IMG/VR virus record: IMGVR_UViG_3300037312_000757
Source: a virus
Taxonomy: Duplodnaviria > Heunggongvirae > Uroviricota > Caudoviricetes
Direction: 5' to 3' (one strand)
DNA length: 64,000 nucleotides
In this document: piece after piece, positions 19,846-29,677 of the stretch
Layout of the letters: each line of letters begins with the position of its first letter
Position numbering within the stretch: the first letter of the stretch is position 1
The notes under the pieces: model-generated
Database searches by the model: none
Seen by the model: only the letters and a program-made list of their open reading frames with translations
What the model was told of the DNA's origin: nothing
Translations under genes and position numbers: made by a program

Positions 19846-20248
19846 CTATTCTGTCCATCCATACCAATTTGCATTCCACCGCAATCACATCATCAGGAAT
19901 ATGAATGAAAATCTGATGCAAATGCTTTATTCTGTGACCTTTAGGCAACGTTAGGTCGATATCAAAATGTGAAGTCTCGATAATGTAATAGCCAAATCTC
20001 GTGCTCTTGACCCACTGAAATGTGCTGATGTTCCCAAGATCCAGATTGAACCGATTGATAACTGATTCCATTCGGTCTTTACTGGCAGTATAGAAAATGT
20101 CATATTCCTGGAAGTCAGGAATGTTGCCATATTTTCTCGCTTGTTCCTCAATATCAACTTCCATGAAGTAACGATCACGTAGCCATTCTTTTATTTCTTG
20201 ATAGCGCTTTATACTAACGCGGCCATCATCGTAGTTGATCGTAATCAT
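19832..20248 (-). CDS. paralog-family protein
   Basis: EWL; IPDDVIAVECKL; start MITINY by ATGA overlap. Confidence 0.78.
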   Translation of the reverse strand: MITINYDDGRVSIKRYQEIKEWLRDRYFMEVDIEEQARKYGNIPDFQEYDIFYTASKDRMESVINRFNLDLGNISTFQWVKSTRFGYYIIETSHFDIDLTLPKGHRIKHLHQIFIHIPDDVIAVECKLVWMDRIDEQI

Positions 20249-20595
20249 GAATACATTAACCTGCATTGAACAGCCAAAGACGGATCAGCAATGAAAACTT
20301 CAGTCTTGTATATAAGCTGTTCCGTCATATCAACACTTGATATCACGCAAATCATCCACTGATCACCCGCGACTACGTCGATTCTACCAAGCTTGAGTGG
20401 CAACGACGGCAAAGGCATACCTGTATGGTGTCTATAAATTTTGCTGGCTTCCACGTAATCAGATGCCTTTCGGTGAGAATACACATGATAATCATGCAGG
20501 CAATAACCAACATTATCAGTCAACCAACTAAGCAATTCTTGTTTCTTGCTGAACTGATCTTCATACGATTGCTGAATGATTGTGAATTTATTCAT
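20245..20595 (-). CDS. paralog-family protein
   Basis: SWL; IADPSLAVQCRL. Confidence 0.78.
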   Translation of the reverse strand: MNKFTIIQQSYEDQFSKKQELLSWLTDNVGYCLHDYHVYSHRKASDYVEASKIYRHHTGMPLPSLPLKLGRIDVVAGDQWMICVISSVDMTEQLIYKTEVFIADPSLAVQCRLMYS

Positions 20596-20933
20596 GTCAA
20601 TGACAATCTCATCTGAACCTGAATTACATCACTGGCAACGACAAAGATCGAATACGCACTCCCCCGACTATGTAATACTTTGAATACATCCCACTCGTCA
20701 CCAGAATAAATGGCATATGACTCGACTTCTGGAATGGGTGCCATCCGCACCTTGTCGTGAAACAGCGATTCACAATGCTCCCACGCTAATGGATCATGCG
20801 CAGCACGCATAGGACCAACCGCTTTATTCAACTCAATACGCGGTCCAATTTCCTGCTCCAACCAGTCAATAATACCATTCGCAACCGTTACCCATCCACA
20901 CGGTTCGTGATATAAAAATTCTTGAACACTCAT
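20592..20933 (-). CDS. paralog-family protein
   Basis: DWL; ASDVIQVQMRL. Confidence 0.75.
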   Translation of the reverse strand: MSVQEFLYHEPCGWVTVANGIIDWLEQEIGPRIELNKAVGPMRAAHDPLAWEHCESLFHDKVRMAPIPEVESYAIYSGDEWDVFKVLHSRGSAYSIFVVASDVIQVQMRLSLT

Positions 20934-21268
20934 GAAAATAACAACCTGAACGCTACAGCATGAACAACTTCATCAATCTGAACATGAAGACTGTACGAAT
21001 GCTTGGTCTCATAGAACGAACCACACACCCAGATTGACCATCCAGGACCACTCTCAACTTCAACTACATCAGGTCGATAACTCAATTTGAGTGTGGACTC
21101 AGCACGGCCATTTAGTCTCTGAGTAGCAAGCGCATATTGAGAATCACCACGATTGGATAGAACGCCATGAGAACAACTAACATTCTCCATCACCCAATAC
21201 CGCATAGCGTCAATACGTTCTATTAACCATTCAACATTGTATTGCTCAGACCAATAATCAATCTGCAT
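20930..21268 (-). CDS. paralog-family protein
   Basis: YWV; IDEVVHAVAFRL; GAGGTGG RBS. Confidence 0.78.
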   Translation of the reverse strand: MQIDYWSEQYNVEWLIERIDAMRYWVMENVSCSHGVLSNRGDSQYALATQRLNGRAESTLKLSYRPDVVEVESGPGWSIWVCGSFYETKHSYSLHVQIDEVVHAVAFRLLFS

Positions 21269-21277
21269 CTCACCACC

Positions 21278-21637
21278 TCAAAATAACAACGCACACTGAA
21301 CAGCTATTAACGGATCAGCAATAGCTACGTCAATGATAGAAAACCCTTCCCGATCACCATGAGAATAGAACACAGAACCAGCTAAACACCACTCCAAACC
21401 TCGAACCACTTCGAATCGATAATTCTTGCTAACATACTTCCTGATACAAGACCTACGACCAAATACTTCCTCATAGACTTCAAAGATACGGTGCCATGCT
21501 CTATGAGCACTATCATCAGTCTCGTATATGACACTGGCGTACTGTGAAAGGCCAATAATCGTATTCAACCAATTTTCCATCTGATCACACTGGAGATTGT
21601 ATTGGCCTATAGGAACAACTCTCGTAAATGTTTCCAT
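21278..21637 (-). CDS. paralog-family protein
   Basis: NWL; IADPLIAVQCAL. Confidence 0.78.
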   Translation of the reverse strand: METFTRVVPIGQYNLQCDQMENWLNTIIGLSQYASVIYETDDSAHRAWHRIFEVYEEVFGRRSCIRKYVSKNYRFEVVRGLEWCLAGSVFYSHGDREGFSIIDVAIADPLIAVQCALLF

Positions 21638-21661
21638 CTCTTCTTCTCTATCGCCAATTCT

Positions 21662-21732
21662 TCAACGAATAATTCATGAAGGTTATGATCGATGGCTGCG
21701 CCTTTATGGACGATGTGGAACCCAGGCAGAAG
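21662..21732. repeat. intergenic structured element, copy 2
   Basis: see 19370-19449. Confidence 0.7.
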
Positions 21733-22116
21733 TCATTGATTTTCCCACTCGAAAACCAATTTGAATTCGACTGCTACGGCTGTGTCCTTGATATCGATTA
21801 CGATGAAGTCATCCCAGTTGTCTGTTTCATATGCAATTTGCGCAACAAAGAATTCATCACCATAACTGTAATGGTTGATATACGCGAGTTCATTTGCAAA
21901 TGCCTTATGCTCATCTGGCAACTGCCATCCAAATGATTCTGCAAATTCATATACACTGCGCAGTTCTTCCTTTTGTGAATCCAGATCGTATTCTTTGAAG
22001 ATTAAGTCATCAAGCGTTATTTCAAATTTGGTTGCGAGCCAATCACGAACTTTGTAAACACGTTCTAATATGTCATCGGCACGACTGCCGTTCGTGTAAT
22101 CAATGATCCGATTCAC
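21733..22116 (-). CDS. paralog-family protein
   Basis: probable GTG start; DWL; IKDTAVAVEFKL. Confidence 0.75.
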   Translation of the reverse strand: MNRIIDYTNGSRADDILERVYKVRDWLATKFEITLDDLIFKEYDLDSQKEELRSVYEFAESFGWQLPDEHKAFANELAYINHYSYGDEFFVAQIAYETDNWDDFIVIDIKDTAVAVEFKLVFEWENQ

Positions 22117-22297
22117 GTTGCTGCCTCGCGATTGTTTCCAGATAGTTGATCTTCCAGTGAGCATGCTTCACGGCGTCAACCACAGAGGGATGGTTAGCTT
22201 GGTCTATGAAAAGAGGGTCGGTGTGTAGCTCGTCTAGCCAAGCTCGCCAATCGTCTATATTGCAGCTATCTTCAGGGGCGCGTGTGATGATATTCAT
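22100..22297 (-). CDS. hypothetical protein
   Basis: 65 aa ORF leading the array. Confidence 0.55.
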   Translation of the reverse strand: MNIITRAPEDSCNIDDWRAWLDELHTDPLFIDQANHPSVVDAVKHAHWKINYLETIARQQRESDH

Positions 22298-22372
22298 ATG
22301 AATCTTCCAGCCATAGAAATGGCACCTTTGTTTGGTGCCAGTTTAACATGTGTGTCTGGAAGAGTTGTTGGC

Positions 22373-22780
22373 TTATTGCCACTCTTCCAAGTGGTCTTCT
22401 TGCCATTCGTGCATGATGAGTTTGAAGAATACCGCTAGATTTTCATCTGTGAAGTGAAAATACGAATAATACATTGAAGTGCTGCGAGCGTGCCAGTCAA
22501 TGGTTATCTCGAACCGCTCCTCATACTGCCACCCAGGCCCGCCCGTGTAACGAATATGCTCGTACAGACCGACCTCTTTGATCTTATATTCGGGAAGGTC
22601 CAGATAAGAATGAGTGCATAGCCGTTCGACTTTAGTGTAGCCATCAGGCTTCTGCACATACTTGAACAGCCGATACTTCGTTTCGCTTGGTACTCCGGTC
22701 TGCTCTTCGAGCCAAGCGATCAGGTGTTTCATATGCCAATGTGACGGGTGATCGACGCTGTGATAGTCAATGTCAATCAT
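22373..22780 (-). CDS. paralog-family protein
   Basis: AWL; FTDENLAVFFKL. Confidence 0.78.
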   Translation of the reverse strand: MIDIDYHSVDHPSHWHMKHLIAWLEEQTGVPSETKYRLFKYVQKPDGYTKVERLCTHSYLDLPEYKIKEVGLYEHIRYTGGPGWQYEERFEITIDWHARSTSMYYSYFHFTDENLAVFFKLIMHEWQEDHLEEWQ

Positions 22781-22815
22781 GACTGGCCTCTGTTGAAAAG
22801 TGCCAGTCTAGCACA

Positions 22816-23283
22816 TTATGCCAATTTGGCATGCACTTCCCGCGTGAGCGCTTGGATGCTTTCGGTGAGTGTTTTTACCGTCTGGGTCAGCTCTGTATTC
22901 TGCTTCAACAGGTCCATCATCTCACTCTGCAACTTGATGTTCTGTTGTGCCAATTCTTCACGATGCTGTGCGTCAGCATCAGCATGAGCTTTGTCACGGT
23001 CTGACTGGCGAGTTTGTGCCAACAGGATGAGCGGTGCTGCATAAGCTGATTGCAGACTGAATGCTAGGTTCAACAAGATGAATGGATAAGGGTCGAACTT
23101 GACGACCCCTAATACGTTGAGTATCACCCAGAACAGCACGATTAGAGTCTGCGTGATGAGGAAAGTTGGTGTTCCGAAGAAACGGGCGAATGCTTCAGCT
23201 TTCAGCGCAAACCAGTCGTCACCAAATACTGATGACAGATGCAAGTGTGGAAGATGGAAACGGAAATGGTGTTTGTCAGACAT
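22816..23283 (-). CDS. DUF1003-family membrane protein (host-like)
   Basis: FDPYPFILLNLAFSLQSAYAAPLILLAQTRQ. Confidence 0.88.
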   Translation of the reverse strand: MSDKHHFRFHLPHLHLSSVFGDDWFALKAEAFARFFGTPTFLITQTLIVLFWVILNVLGVVKFDPYPFILLNLAFSLQSAYAAPLILLAQTRQSDRDKAHADADAQHREELAQQNIKLQSEMMDLLKQNTELTQTVKTLTESIQALTREVHAKLA

Positions 23284-23347
23284 GGTGGTCCCCTGTTCAT
23301 TTACCACTATTTATGGCAGATGAACAGGGGATTAAAACTTCAACAAC

Positions 23348-23743
23348 TTAGAACACTTTGCGCATGGCGATTGCACGGTCAAACGTGCTGTCTTGCGTGC
23401 CATCCGCGTACATTACGACGAGCTTACGGCCAATTTTGCCTTTTTCGTCGTTCCAAACTTGCTCCTTTACGAGCATGACTGCAATGTTCCCGCGGACGTC
23501 GTTTTTCTTGTAGAATACTTGGTTGATCTTGTAGCCATTCGACTCGAGTTGCGAGATTTTGTTGGCTTGCTTGTCGGTCATTTGCGTGAGCAAACGGTCG
23601 TATTTTGCGTTGTTACGTGCAATACGTTCGCGGCGACGTTGCATTTCTGCGCGAGCAATTTCCATCAGCGCAGCATCAAGACCATCCGGGTGATTCAGCA
23701 GCATGTCGATGAGTGCTTGCAGTTGACGTTGTTCGCTAACCAT
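23348..23743 (-). CDS. hypothetical protein
   Basis: Start after ATGGTAGATAACACGGAG leader and TTGACT-17-TAGAAT promoter. Confidence 0.75.
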   Translation of the reverse strand: MVSEQRQLQALIDMLLNHPDGLDAALMEIARAEMQRRRERIARNNAKYDRLLTQMTDKQANKISQLESNGYKINQVFYKKNDVRGNIAVMLVKEQVWNDEKGKIGRKLVVMYADGTQDSTFDRAIAMRKVF

Positions 23744-23808
23744 TTGCTTCTCCGTGTTATCTACCATGTATCACATTCTACATTCATATGGCAGGCAGTC
23801 AACACTTT

Positions 23809-24147
23809 TCACATGGTGCTGATAATTAATTTTGCTGCGACTGCGAGTGAATCGTCCTCAATGTGTAGCTCGTAGAAGCTCCAATTTGCTTCATACGTGT
23901 CACGCCGAATCAAGCGCCATGAATTGGCAATCAAATGCACTTCCGAATACCACGCTTGTAGTTCGTTCGGAACTGAAGTCAAGGGTATAGGCTGACGTCC
24001 TTCATGAATTAATTTCATGAATCCGAACGGTTCATCCGACGCGCCAAATCGATAGATGGTATCATTTTGTGGATCGTATTCGTCCAGCATCGAATACAGT
24101 TTGTTGGACATCTCCGCGTCCATGCTGCCAATTTTGATAATGTTCAT
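23809..24147 (-). CDS. paralog-family protein
   Basis: IEDDSLAVAAKL. Confidence 0.75.
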   Translation of the reverse strand: MNIIKIGSMDAEMSNKLYSMLDEYDPQNDTIYRFGASDEPFGFMKLIHEGRQPIPLTSVPNELQAWYSEVHLIANSWRLIRRDTYEANWSFYELHIEDDSLAVAAKLIISTM

Positions 24148-24530
24148 GGCATGTTCAACCTGAATAGAACAGCCTCGGCATCATCGTTAAAAACCATCTT
24201 TGCTCCGTGTGCTATGTGCGTTGTTGACGTAATCGATGCATTTTTCTTCTCTTTAATGTGCTCGATGGTTTTTATGTACGTGATATTGTCACCAACAATT
24301 TTGAGTTCGTAGAAGTAATGGCCCTCATCATAATTAATCAAGCGCTCATCGATTGGTAACAGCGTTGATGACTTAATTATCGTACTTCTGTACCCAAAGT
24401 CGTCAATCTCGAAAAGCGTGTGAGTGGTCTCACAGCTAGTAGAATTGTTCTTGATCCACTCTTTGGCGAAATGATGACGCTTCATGACGTCACGTGCCAA
24501 GCCAGTTGTTGGTATTTCGTATTCAATCAC
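24144..24530 (-). CDS. paralog-family protein
   Basis: EWI; FNDDAEAVLFRL. Confidence 0.78.
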   Translation of the reverse strand: MIEYEIPTTGLARDVMKRHHFAKEWIKNNSTSCETTHTLFEIDDFGYRSTIIKSSTLLPIDERLINYDEGHYFYELKIVGDNITYIKTIEHIKEKKNASITSTTHIAHGAKMVFNDDAEAVLFRLNMP

Positions 24531-24894
24531 AAAACATCTCCAACTTCAACTGAACGGCATCGTTCACATGCGTATCATGAAAAATAACACTGATTTCGTA
24601 AAACCCAAGATAATCGACTTTGGCGAGATACCATTCTCGGCAACGCAAAACATCGATACGACGCATCATCCAATGGCGCATTGCGATATCCCATTCATTG
24701 AAACCATCTGGCACCAAACGTAAGTATTCACTTACAAAATGATTCATGTTATTGTAATCCTTGTAGTCAGGCAGCAGTACAACATCATGTTTGCTGTCTG
24801 TCATACCAGAATTCGTCATGAGCCATGATGTTACTTCATCATAGAAGTGCATGCGTTCAACTGGGCCAGTGAACATCTTCCGTATCGCTTTCAT
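24523..24894 (-). CDS. paralog-family protein
   Basis: SWL; FHDTHVNDAVQLKL. Confidence 0.78.
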   Translation of the reverse strand: MKAIRKMFTGPVERMHFYDEVTSWLMTNSGMTDSKHDVVLLPDYKDYNNMNHFVSEYLRLVPDGFNEWDIAMRHWMMRRIDVLRCREWYLAKVDYLGFYEISVIFHDTHVNDAVQLKLEMFCD

Positions 24895-25553
24895 AGCGTG
24901 CTGAGCTCTAGTATTGTCATTTTTCTACCATAGACTGCGCCGGTGTCGATATAAAGCATATTGCCAAGTGCCAATACGTCGGTAACAGGAGTATGGCCTA
25001 CAATCATCTTGTACAGTCCTGCAACTGGCGTGTCATCCTTATACTGAATTCTAGCACGATCCCACATACAAAACTCAGCATTGTCCTTGGTGCAAACACC
25101 AGATTGAAGTTCAGTAGCAAACGCGTCCCAGTCATTATACGGGCAGTCAGCGTGGACAATGCCGATCATGCCCTTGTCTGTTTGTATTTGCATTGCGACA
25201 GGAAGCTGTTCCAGCTTCTTTGCGATGCGTTCGCGCGTGTTCTTATCTGAACGAATGAACCAGCCACCACCATTCGACTTGTAAAGGTTCACATTGCATC
25301 GACCCTTTGCGTAGTCGATTGCCATTTGGTCGTGATTGCCACGCACGGCATGGAACCACGGTTCATCTAAAATGGTCTCCACATATTCGTTCTGTGGTCC
25401 ACGATCAACCAAATCACCGACTGAAAATAGCCGATCGTTTTCAACATTGAAGTTGATATTTTTCAGGTGTGCGAGCAATAGGTTATAGCAGCCGTGAATG
25501 TCACCGACCACATAATCCCTGCCCTTTTCATTCTTCTCGTAATACTTGAACAT
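24891..25553 (-). CDS. Ser/Thr metallophosphatase (lambda NinI/PrpA-like)
   Basis: GDIHG, GDLVDRGP, RGNHD, GHTP, IDTG. Confidence 0.93.
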   Translation of the reverse strand: MFKYYEKNEKGRDYVVGDIHGCYNLLLAHLKNINFNVENDRLFSVGDLVDRGPQNEYVETILDEPWFHAVRGNHDQMAIDYAKGRCNVNLYKSNGGGWFIRSDKNTRERIAKKLEQLPVAMQIQTDKGMIGIVHADCPYNDWDAFATELQSGVCTKDNAEFCMWDRARIQYKDDTPVAGLYKMIVGHTPVTDVLALGNMLYIDTGAVYGRKMTILELSTL

Positions 25554-25716
25554 GGTTGAGCCTTCTATTTTTATTGTTGTGCCCCGTCTCAGTAACCAAT
25601 ACTTGATGCGAGGAAACCTATTTAGAATTCGTTTGTATGATTTCCACATTTTGTACTTCCAATGGCACGAAGCCTGATACTAAACGTATCAGGCTTATGG
25701 CAGCAAATAAAGCTGG

Positions 25717-25941
25717 TTATGCTTGCTTTGCTTCCATCTGGCGCGCGTATTGCTGAAGCTTAGTACCCTTCAGCATACTGACCGGGTAGCGGAGCAAGAA
25801 CCACCAGAATACGAGCAAGTTAGGTCGTTTCTTGAGGTCGATGGAATAACCATCTTCATCAATGAAGATCCAGTTGCCGTAGATTGCAACTGCTGCGATT
25901 GCGATGAAAAACAGAGATAGCAGAATGCTGAATACTTCCAA
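25717..25941 (-). CDS. small membrane protein
   Basis: GGAGG RBS, hydrophobic N-terminus. Confidence 0.6.
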   Translation of the reverse strand: MEVFSILLSLFFIAIAAVAIYGNWIFIDEDGYSIDLKKRPNLLVFWWFLLRYPVSMLKGTKLQQYARQMEAKQA

Positions 25942-25950
25942 ATGAACCTC

Positions 25951-26214
25951 CTACACGACAATGTGACGGACGATGCGGTAATGATTCCAGGCACATTCAC
26001 CCACCAGCTCTTTGCCGCCAGTGACAACTGCCATCGCTTGGCTGAACCAGCAGTCGCGTATCTGGTTGACCGTCATCGATTCCATGCCAAAACTGGCAAG
26101 ATGCGCCGCGTTGGTTTTGAGAAACGTTTCAACCTTCTGTGCCTCGACTTGCGACAAGATGCAGAAGCGTTGATACCCGTCCTTTACGATCGTGACTACT
26201 GTGACGTCCTGCAT
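25951..26214 (-). CDS. hypothetical protein
   Basis: TAATG coupling; start MQDV. Confidence 0.6.
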   Translation of the reverse strand: MQDVTVVTIVKDGYQRFCILSQVEAQKVETFLKTNAAHLASFGMESMTVNQIRDCWFSQAMAVVTGGKELVGECAWNHYRIVRHIVV

Positions 26215-26417
26215 TACATCAGCCCTCGGATGCTTGCGGCACGGAGGCGGTCGAGCCGGTCCATCGCCCGCAGTACCGTACAACCAGCAGCAATAACAGC
26301 CGCGTCGTGCAGATCTGGATTCGCACCGGCCGTCATCACAACCCCTAAGTCAACGAGGTTGCTGAGAAACGACAGGTACGAGATGTCGTCCATCATTTGT
26401 TGATCGAGGTTATCCAT
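26214..26417 (-). CDS. hypothetical protein
   Basis: Follows ATGGTAGACAACAGGAG leader and TTGATT-17-TACCAT promoter. Confidence 0.65.
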   Translation of the reverse strand: MDNLDQQMMDDISYLSFLSNLVDLGVVMTAGANPDLHDAAVIAAGCTVLRAMDRLDRLRAASIRGLM

Positions 26418-26471
26418 TCGGTTCTCCTGTTGTCTACCATATTCACATGGTAGCTTCAACTGGCAAATGAA

Positions 26472-28034
26472 TCAAGCCTTGCTGTCATCCTCGACCATAT
26501 CAAGCACGCGTTTGATTGCTGATGGTGTAACTGGCTTAGTCAGATGGTCATCGAAACCTGTGCTCAGCGAGCGCTGTCTCGCTTCTTCGCCACCAAAACC
26601 TGTCATTGCTGATATAACTGTGTGCGCAAGCTCGGGCATGTTTTTCAAGTACTCACGCACTTGAAAACCGTCTAAACCCGGCATAGCCAAGTCTAACAGA
26701 ACTATGTCAGGTATAAAGGCTTTTGCGACAGCAATAGCAGTCCTGCCATCATATACAGCCCGCGTCTCATGCCCCATCATACCCAAGTAAAGAGCCATGC
26801 TGTCAGCCGAGTCCTTGCTGTCATCGACAACTAAGACCTTGTAGACAGGATGCTCTGAGACCTTACCGTTGCTATCTACAAAGGGGCCAGCAGCTTTTGG
26901 AATGTACTTAGGTAAGCGGATAGTGAACGTACTACCACGGCCCCTGCCAGGGCTCATTGCGTCAATAGCACCACCATGCATTTCAACTAGCGATCGGCAC
27001 AACGTAAGACCAATCCCCAGACCACTTTCACTTGGATTGATCTGAGCGTCTTCTTGCACGAATAGGTTGAATATTTCTTTCAACGCATCGACAGTCATAC
27101 CACGCCCGTTATCAGTCACTTTGATGATAATACTACGCTCATCATCGTGTACAGTCAGGATGATATGACCCCCGTTTGCGGTGAATTTGCTTGCATTATT
27201 GAGCAAATTGCTGATAACCTGAACCAATCGCGTCAGGTCACCATTAACAATGAAGTCACGCTCAGGCACGTCAACGTCGAATTGCTGTCCTTTTGCGCTA
27301 AAGTAATGACGTGTGGATTCGACGCTTCGTGCAACAGCTTCACGCACGTCAAGCACCTTGCGGTTCAACGTAATTTTGCCGGTAGTGATGCGACCTACAT
27401 CAAGCAAATCATCGACCAATCGCGTCATGTGCGAGAGTTGACGGTCGATTATATCACGACAGTTTCGAGTCGTTTGAGACAACGACGGCTCGATTTGCAT
27501 GATACTGATTGCATTACGTATTGGTGCTAAGGGGTTGCGCAGCTCGTGCGCGAGCATGGCGAGAAACTCGTTCATGCGAGCACCAGAAGCCTCGAGCTCT
27601 TCGAGGCGTTTTCGCTCACTCATGTCGCGTTCGATCTTCGCATAGCCCACCAACTCACGCTGGGAGTTGTGAATGGCGGTTATTGTTATCCCGGCCCAGA
27701 ACATGGTACCATCACTTCTGACGCGCCACCCCTCGTCAGTAAAATAGCCCGTTTCAGCGGCTATTTTCAATTCATGTTCGGGCCACCCATCTTTTACATC
27801 GGTACTAGTGAAGAAAACTGAGAAATGCTTGCCGATAATCTCATCGGAGGTGTAACCGTTAATCTTCTGAGCACCGGCATTCCACGATGACACTATGCCA
27901 TCAGCATCTAGCATGAAGATTGCATACTCTTCAACAGTTTCCACAAGTAACCGATAACGATCTTCTAACGGTACTTGCATAACTTCTTGATTTACTTCAG
28001 TGGGCGAGTTCTCGCGCTTGTCGGGAATCTCCAT
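26472..28034 (-). CDS. PAS-domain hybrid sensor histidine kinase with receiver domain
   Basis: PAS (SWNAGAQKINGY), H-box LAHELRNPL, N-box NLLNNASKF, DNGRG, GLGIGL, receiver VVDD...LLDLAMP...KP. Confidence 0.95.
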   Translation of the reverse strand: MEIPDKRENSPTEVNQEVMQVPLEDRYRLLVETVEEYAIFMLDADGIVSSWNAGAQKINGYTSDEIIGKHFSVFFTSTDVKDGWPEHELKIAAETGYFTDEGWRVRSDGTMFWAGITITAIHNSQRELVGYAKIERDMSERKRLEELEASGARMNEFLAMLAHELRNPLAPIRNAISIMQIEPSLSQTTRNCRDIIDRQLSHMTRLVDDLLDVGRITTGKITLNRKVLDVREAVARSVESTRHYFSAKGQQFDVDVPERDFIVNGDLTRLVQVISNLLNNASKFTANGGHIILTVHDDERSIIIKVTDNGRGMTVDALKEIFNLFVQEDAQINPSESGLGIGLTLCRSLVEMHGGAIDAMSPGRGRGSTFTIRLPKYIPKAAGPFVDSNGKVSEHPVYKVLVVDDSKDSADSMALYLGMMGHETRAVYDGRTAIAVAKAFIPDIVLLDLAMPGLDGFQVREYLKNMPELAHTVISAMTGFGGEEARQRSLSTGFDDHLTKPVTPSAIKRVLDMVEDDSKA

Positions 28035-28138
28035 CAGAGGCCCTCAGTAGCTATTCTTTTACAAAATAACACCGAATGCATTTTAACAGCGTACCAAATG
28101 AGTGTGCCTTGCGTAACACTTAGCAACAAAAAGCACGG

Positions 28139-28561
28139 TTATGCGTCCTGCTTAATGGAGTAGATGTGCTCAGTGAACAAGAGCTTGAGTTGCACCGCAA
28201 CAGCAAAATCATCTATGGTAAAAGCGGTGAACAACGGTTCGAGATCCTGGTTTGTATCGCCAACCTCGTACCTATACCACCCTTTTCCTTTGTACTCCTT
28301 AATTACTGACCAACCATAATCAAGTGCGCCATATTCCTCTTTCATCAGCTCACGATTGAAATGATTATTGAGTGCGCGGTAGACGGCTTTGTCAGTATGT
28401 TCGTATTCTAATGCATAACTGGTGAAAATAACGGTGTTTCCAACCATGTATTTCAAGGTACGCTCGTGCGTTTCCGGGCTAATTGACGATATTAGCCATT
28501 GCATGATTTCATCGACTACTTCATAGCTGCTGAAGCCGTCTATAATGATTTGATATGCCAT
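28139..28561 (-). CDS. paralog-family protein
   Basis: QWL; IDDFAVAVQLKL. Confidence 0.78.
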   Translation of the reverse strand: MAYQIIIDGFSSYEVVDEIMQWLISSISPETHERTLKYMVGNTVIFTSYALEYEHTDKAVYRALNNHFNRELMKEEYGALDYGWSVIKEYKGKGWYRYEVGDTNQDLEPLFTAFTIDDFAVAVQLKLLFTEHIYSIKQDA

Positions 28562-28948
28562 TTACATGAAACGTAACTTGAAATCCACAGCCATAGTGTC
28601 ATCGTCAATATGAATGGTGAGACGGCGATGAACAGTGGCAGTGAATATTTTGTCCTTTGAACTTGGACCCTTATTCACATAGCAGTTGACCCCCAGGTTT
28701 TCGAACGACCACTTCTTGCCCTTATACGTGACTGTTTCACCAACATATACCGCTGTAGCATAGCTAGGCACCTGATCAAGTAGATCGTACAACGTCTTGT
28801 ATTCTACTGTGTCAGTAGCGCTGGAGACATAATACTTCTTGTAGTCGAAGAACGGACCGTGATTCAATTGAAGCCACTCTTCAATGTCCTCAATCAGGTT
28901 TTCTGTTCGATCTAAGTCTGCACCGTCAAGTTGGAAAGTATGGCCCAT
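28562..28948 (-). CDS. paralog-family protein
   Basis: EWL; IDDDTMAVDFKL. Confidence 0.78.
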   Translation of the reverse strand: MGHTFQLDGADLDRTENLIEDIEEWLQLNHGPFFDYKKYYVSSATDTVEYKTLYDLLDQVPSYATAVYVGETVTYKGKKWSFENLGVNCYVNKGPSSKDKIFTATVHRRLTIHIDDDTMAVDFKLRFM

Positions 28949-29312
28949 AAGTAACCTGGCTCAATGTTAATTTTAGTTCTATGGCTAGGTACTTATCTTC
29001 CACTTCTAGAACGTGACTTGCGATAATGTTTTCGCCATCGATCGAATGCTCATATCGATAGTCCATGCACCAGCCATCTCCACTATAGCGCAATGCACGG
29101 TAAAAACAATTTACACCACGTTTTTGTGCTTCATTCCTGACCAGTACGACCTTTCGAGTAAAATCAAAATCACAAGCAGGCACGAAAGGCTTTCCATCAA
29201 TCAGCCACAAACGCTCGCGCCTGAGTTCAGGAAAGCCTTTCTTAGTGAACCAGTCTATGATTTCGAAAAACTGGTCGCCTTCGAAATCACATGAGAAGCC
29301 TAGCGTATGCAT
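28926..29312 (-). CDS. paralog-family protein
   Basis: DWF; VEDKYLAIELKL. Confidence 0.78.
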   Translation of the reverse strand: MHTLGFSCDFEGDQFFEIIDWFTKKGFPELRRERLWLIDGKPFVPACDFDFTRKVVLVRNEAQKRGVNCFYRALRYSGDGWCMDYRYEHSIDGENIIASHVLEVEDKYLAIELKLTLSQVTYGPYFPT

Positions 29313-29623
29313 CGATAATGCAGCGGAAGATGATACGCTACCACGCGTTCAAGCAGCGATTGTTTGGAGTCAGGCGTGTTGGCAACTGAATGATTCCAGA
29401 TCCAAGCACCATTCACTGCGAGGTTCATGGTCGCGATGGTGCGGTTTTTGACTACCACACGCAGGTAGGGCTTCTCTGTGCTCTTGGTGAGGCTCTGGAC
29501 AAACCCGCGACGTGCGATTTGCATGGACAGCTCATGCGGCTTGCATCGTTCCGTGCCATGCTCGATGGCCGGAATCACTTGCACGTCAAGCTCACCAATT
29601 TTGAATGTTTCGGGTTTCATCAT
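29300..29623 (-). CDS. hypothetical protein
   Basis: 107 aa; GGGG RBS-like element. Confidence 0.65.
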   Translation of the reverse strand: MMKPETFKIGELDVQVIPAIEHGTERCKPHELSMQIARRGFVQSLTKSTEKPYLRVVVKNRTIATMNLAVNGAWIWNHSVANTPDSKQSLLERVVAYHLPLHYRCIR

Positions 29624-29677
29624 GTCCCCGCAAATAATGTTTCACTTAGTGTAACACCATCTGAACGGGGATGCTAG

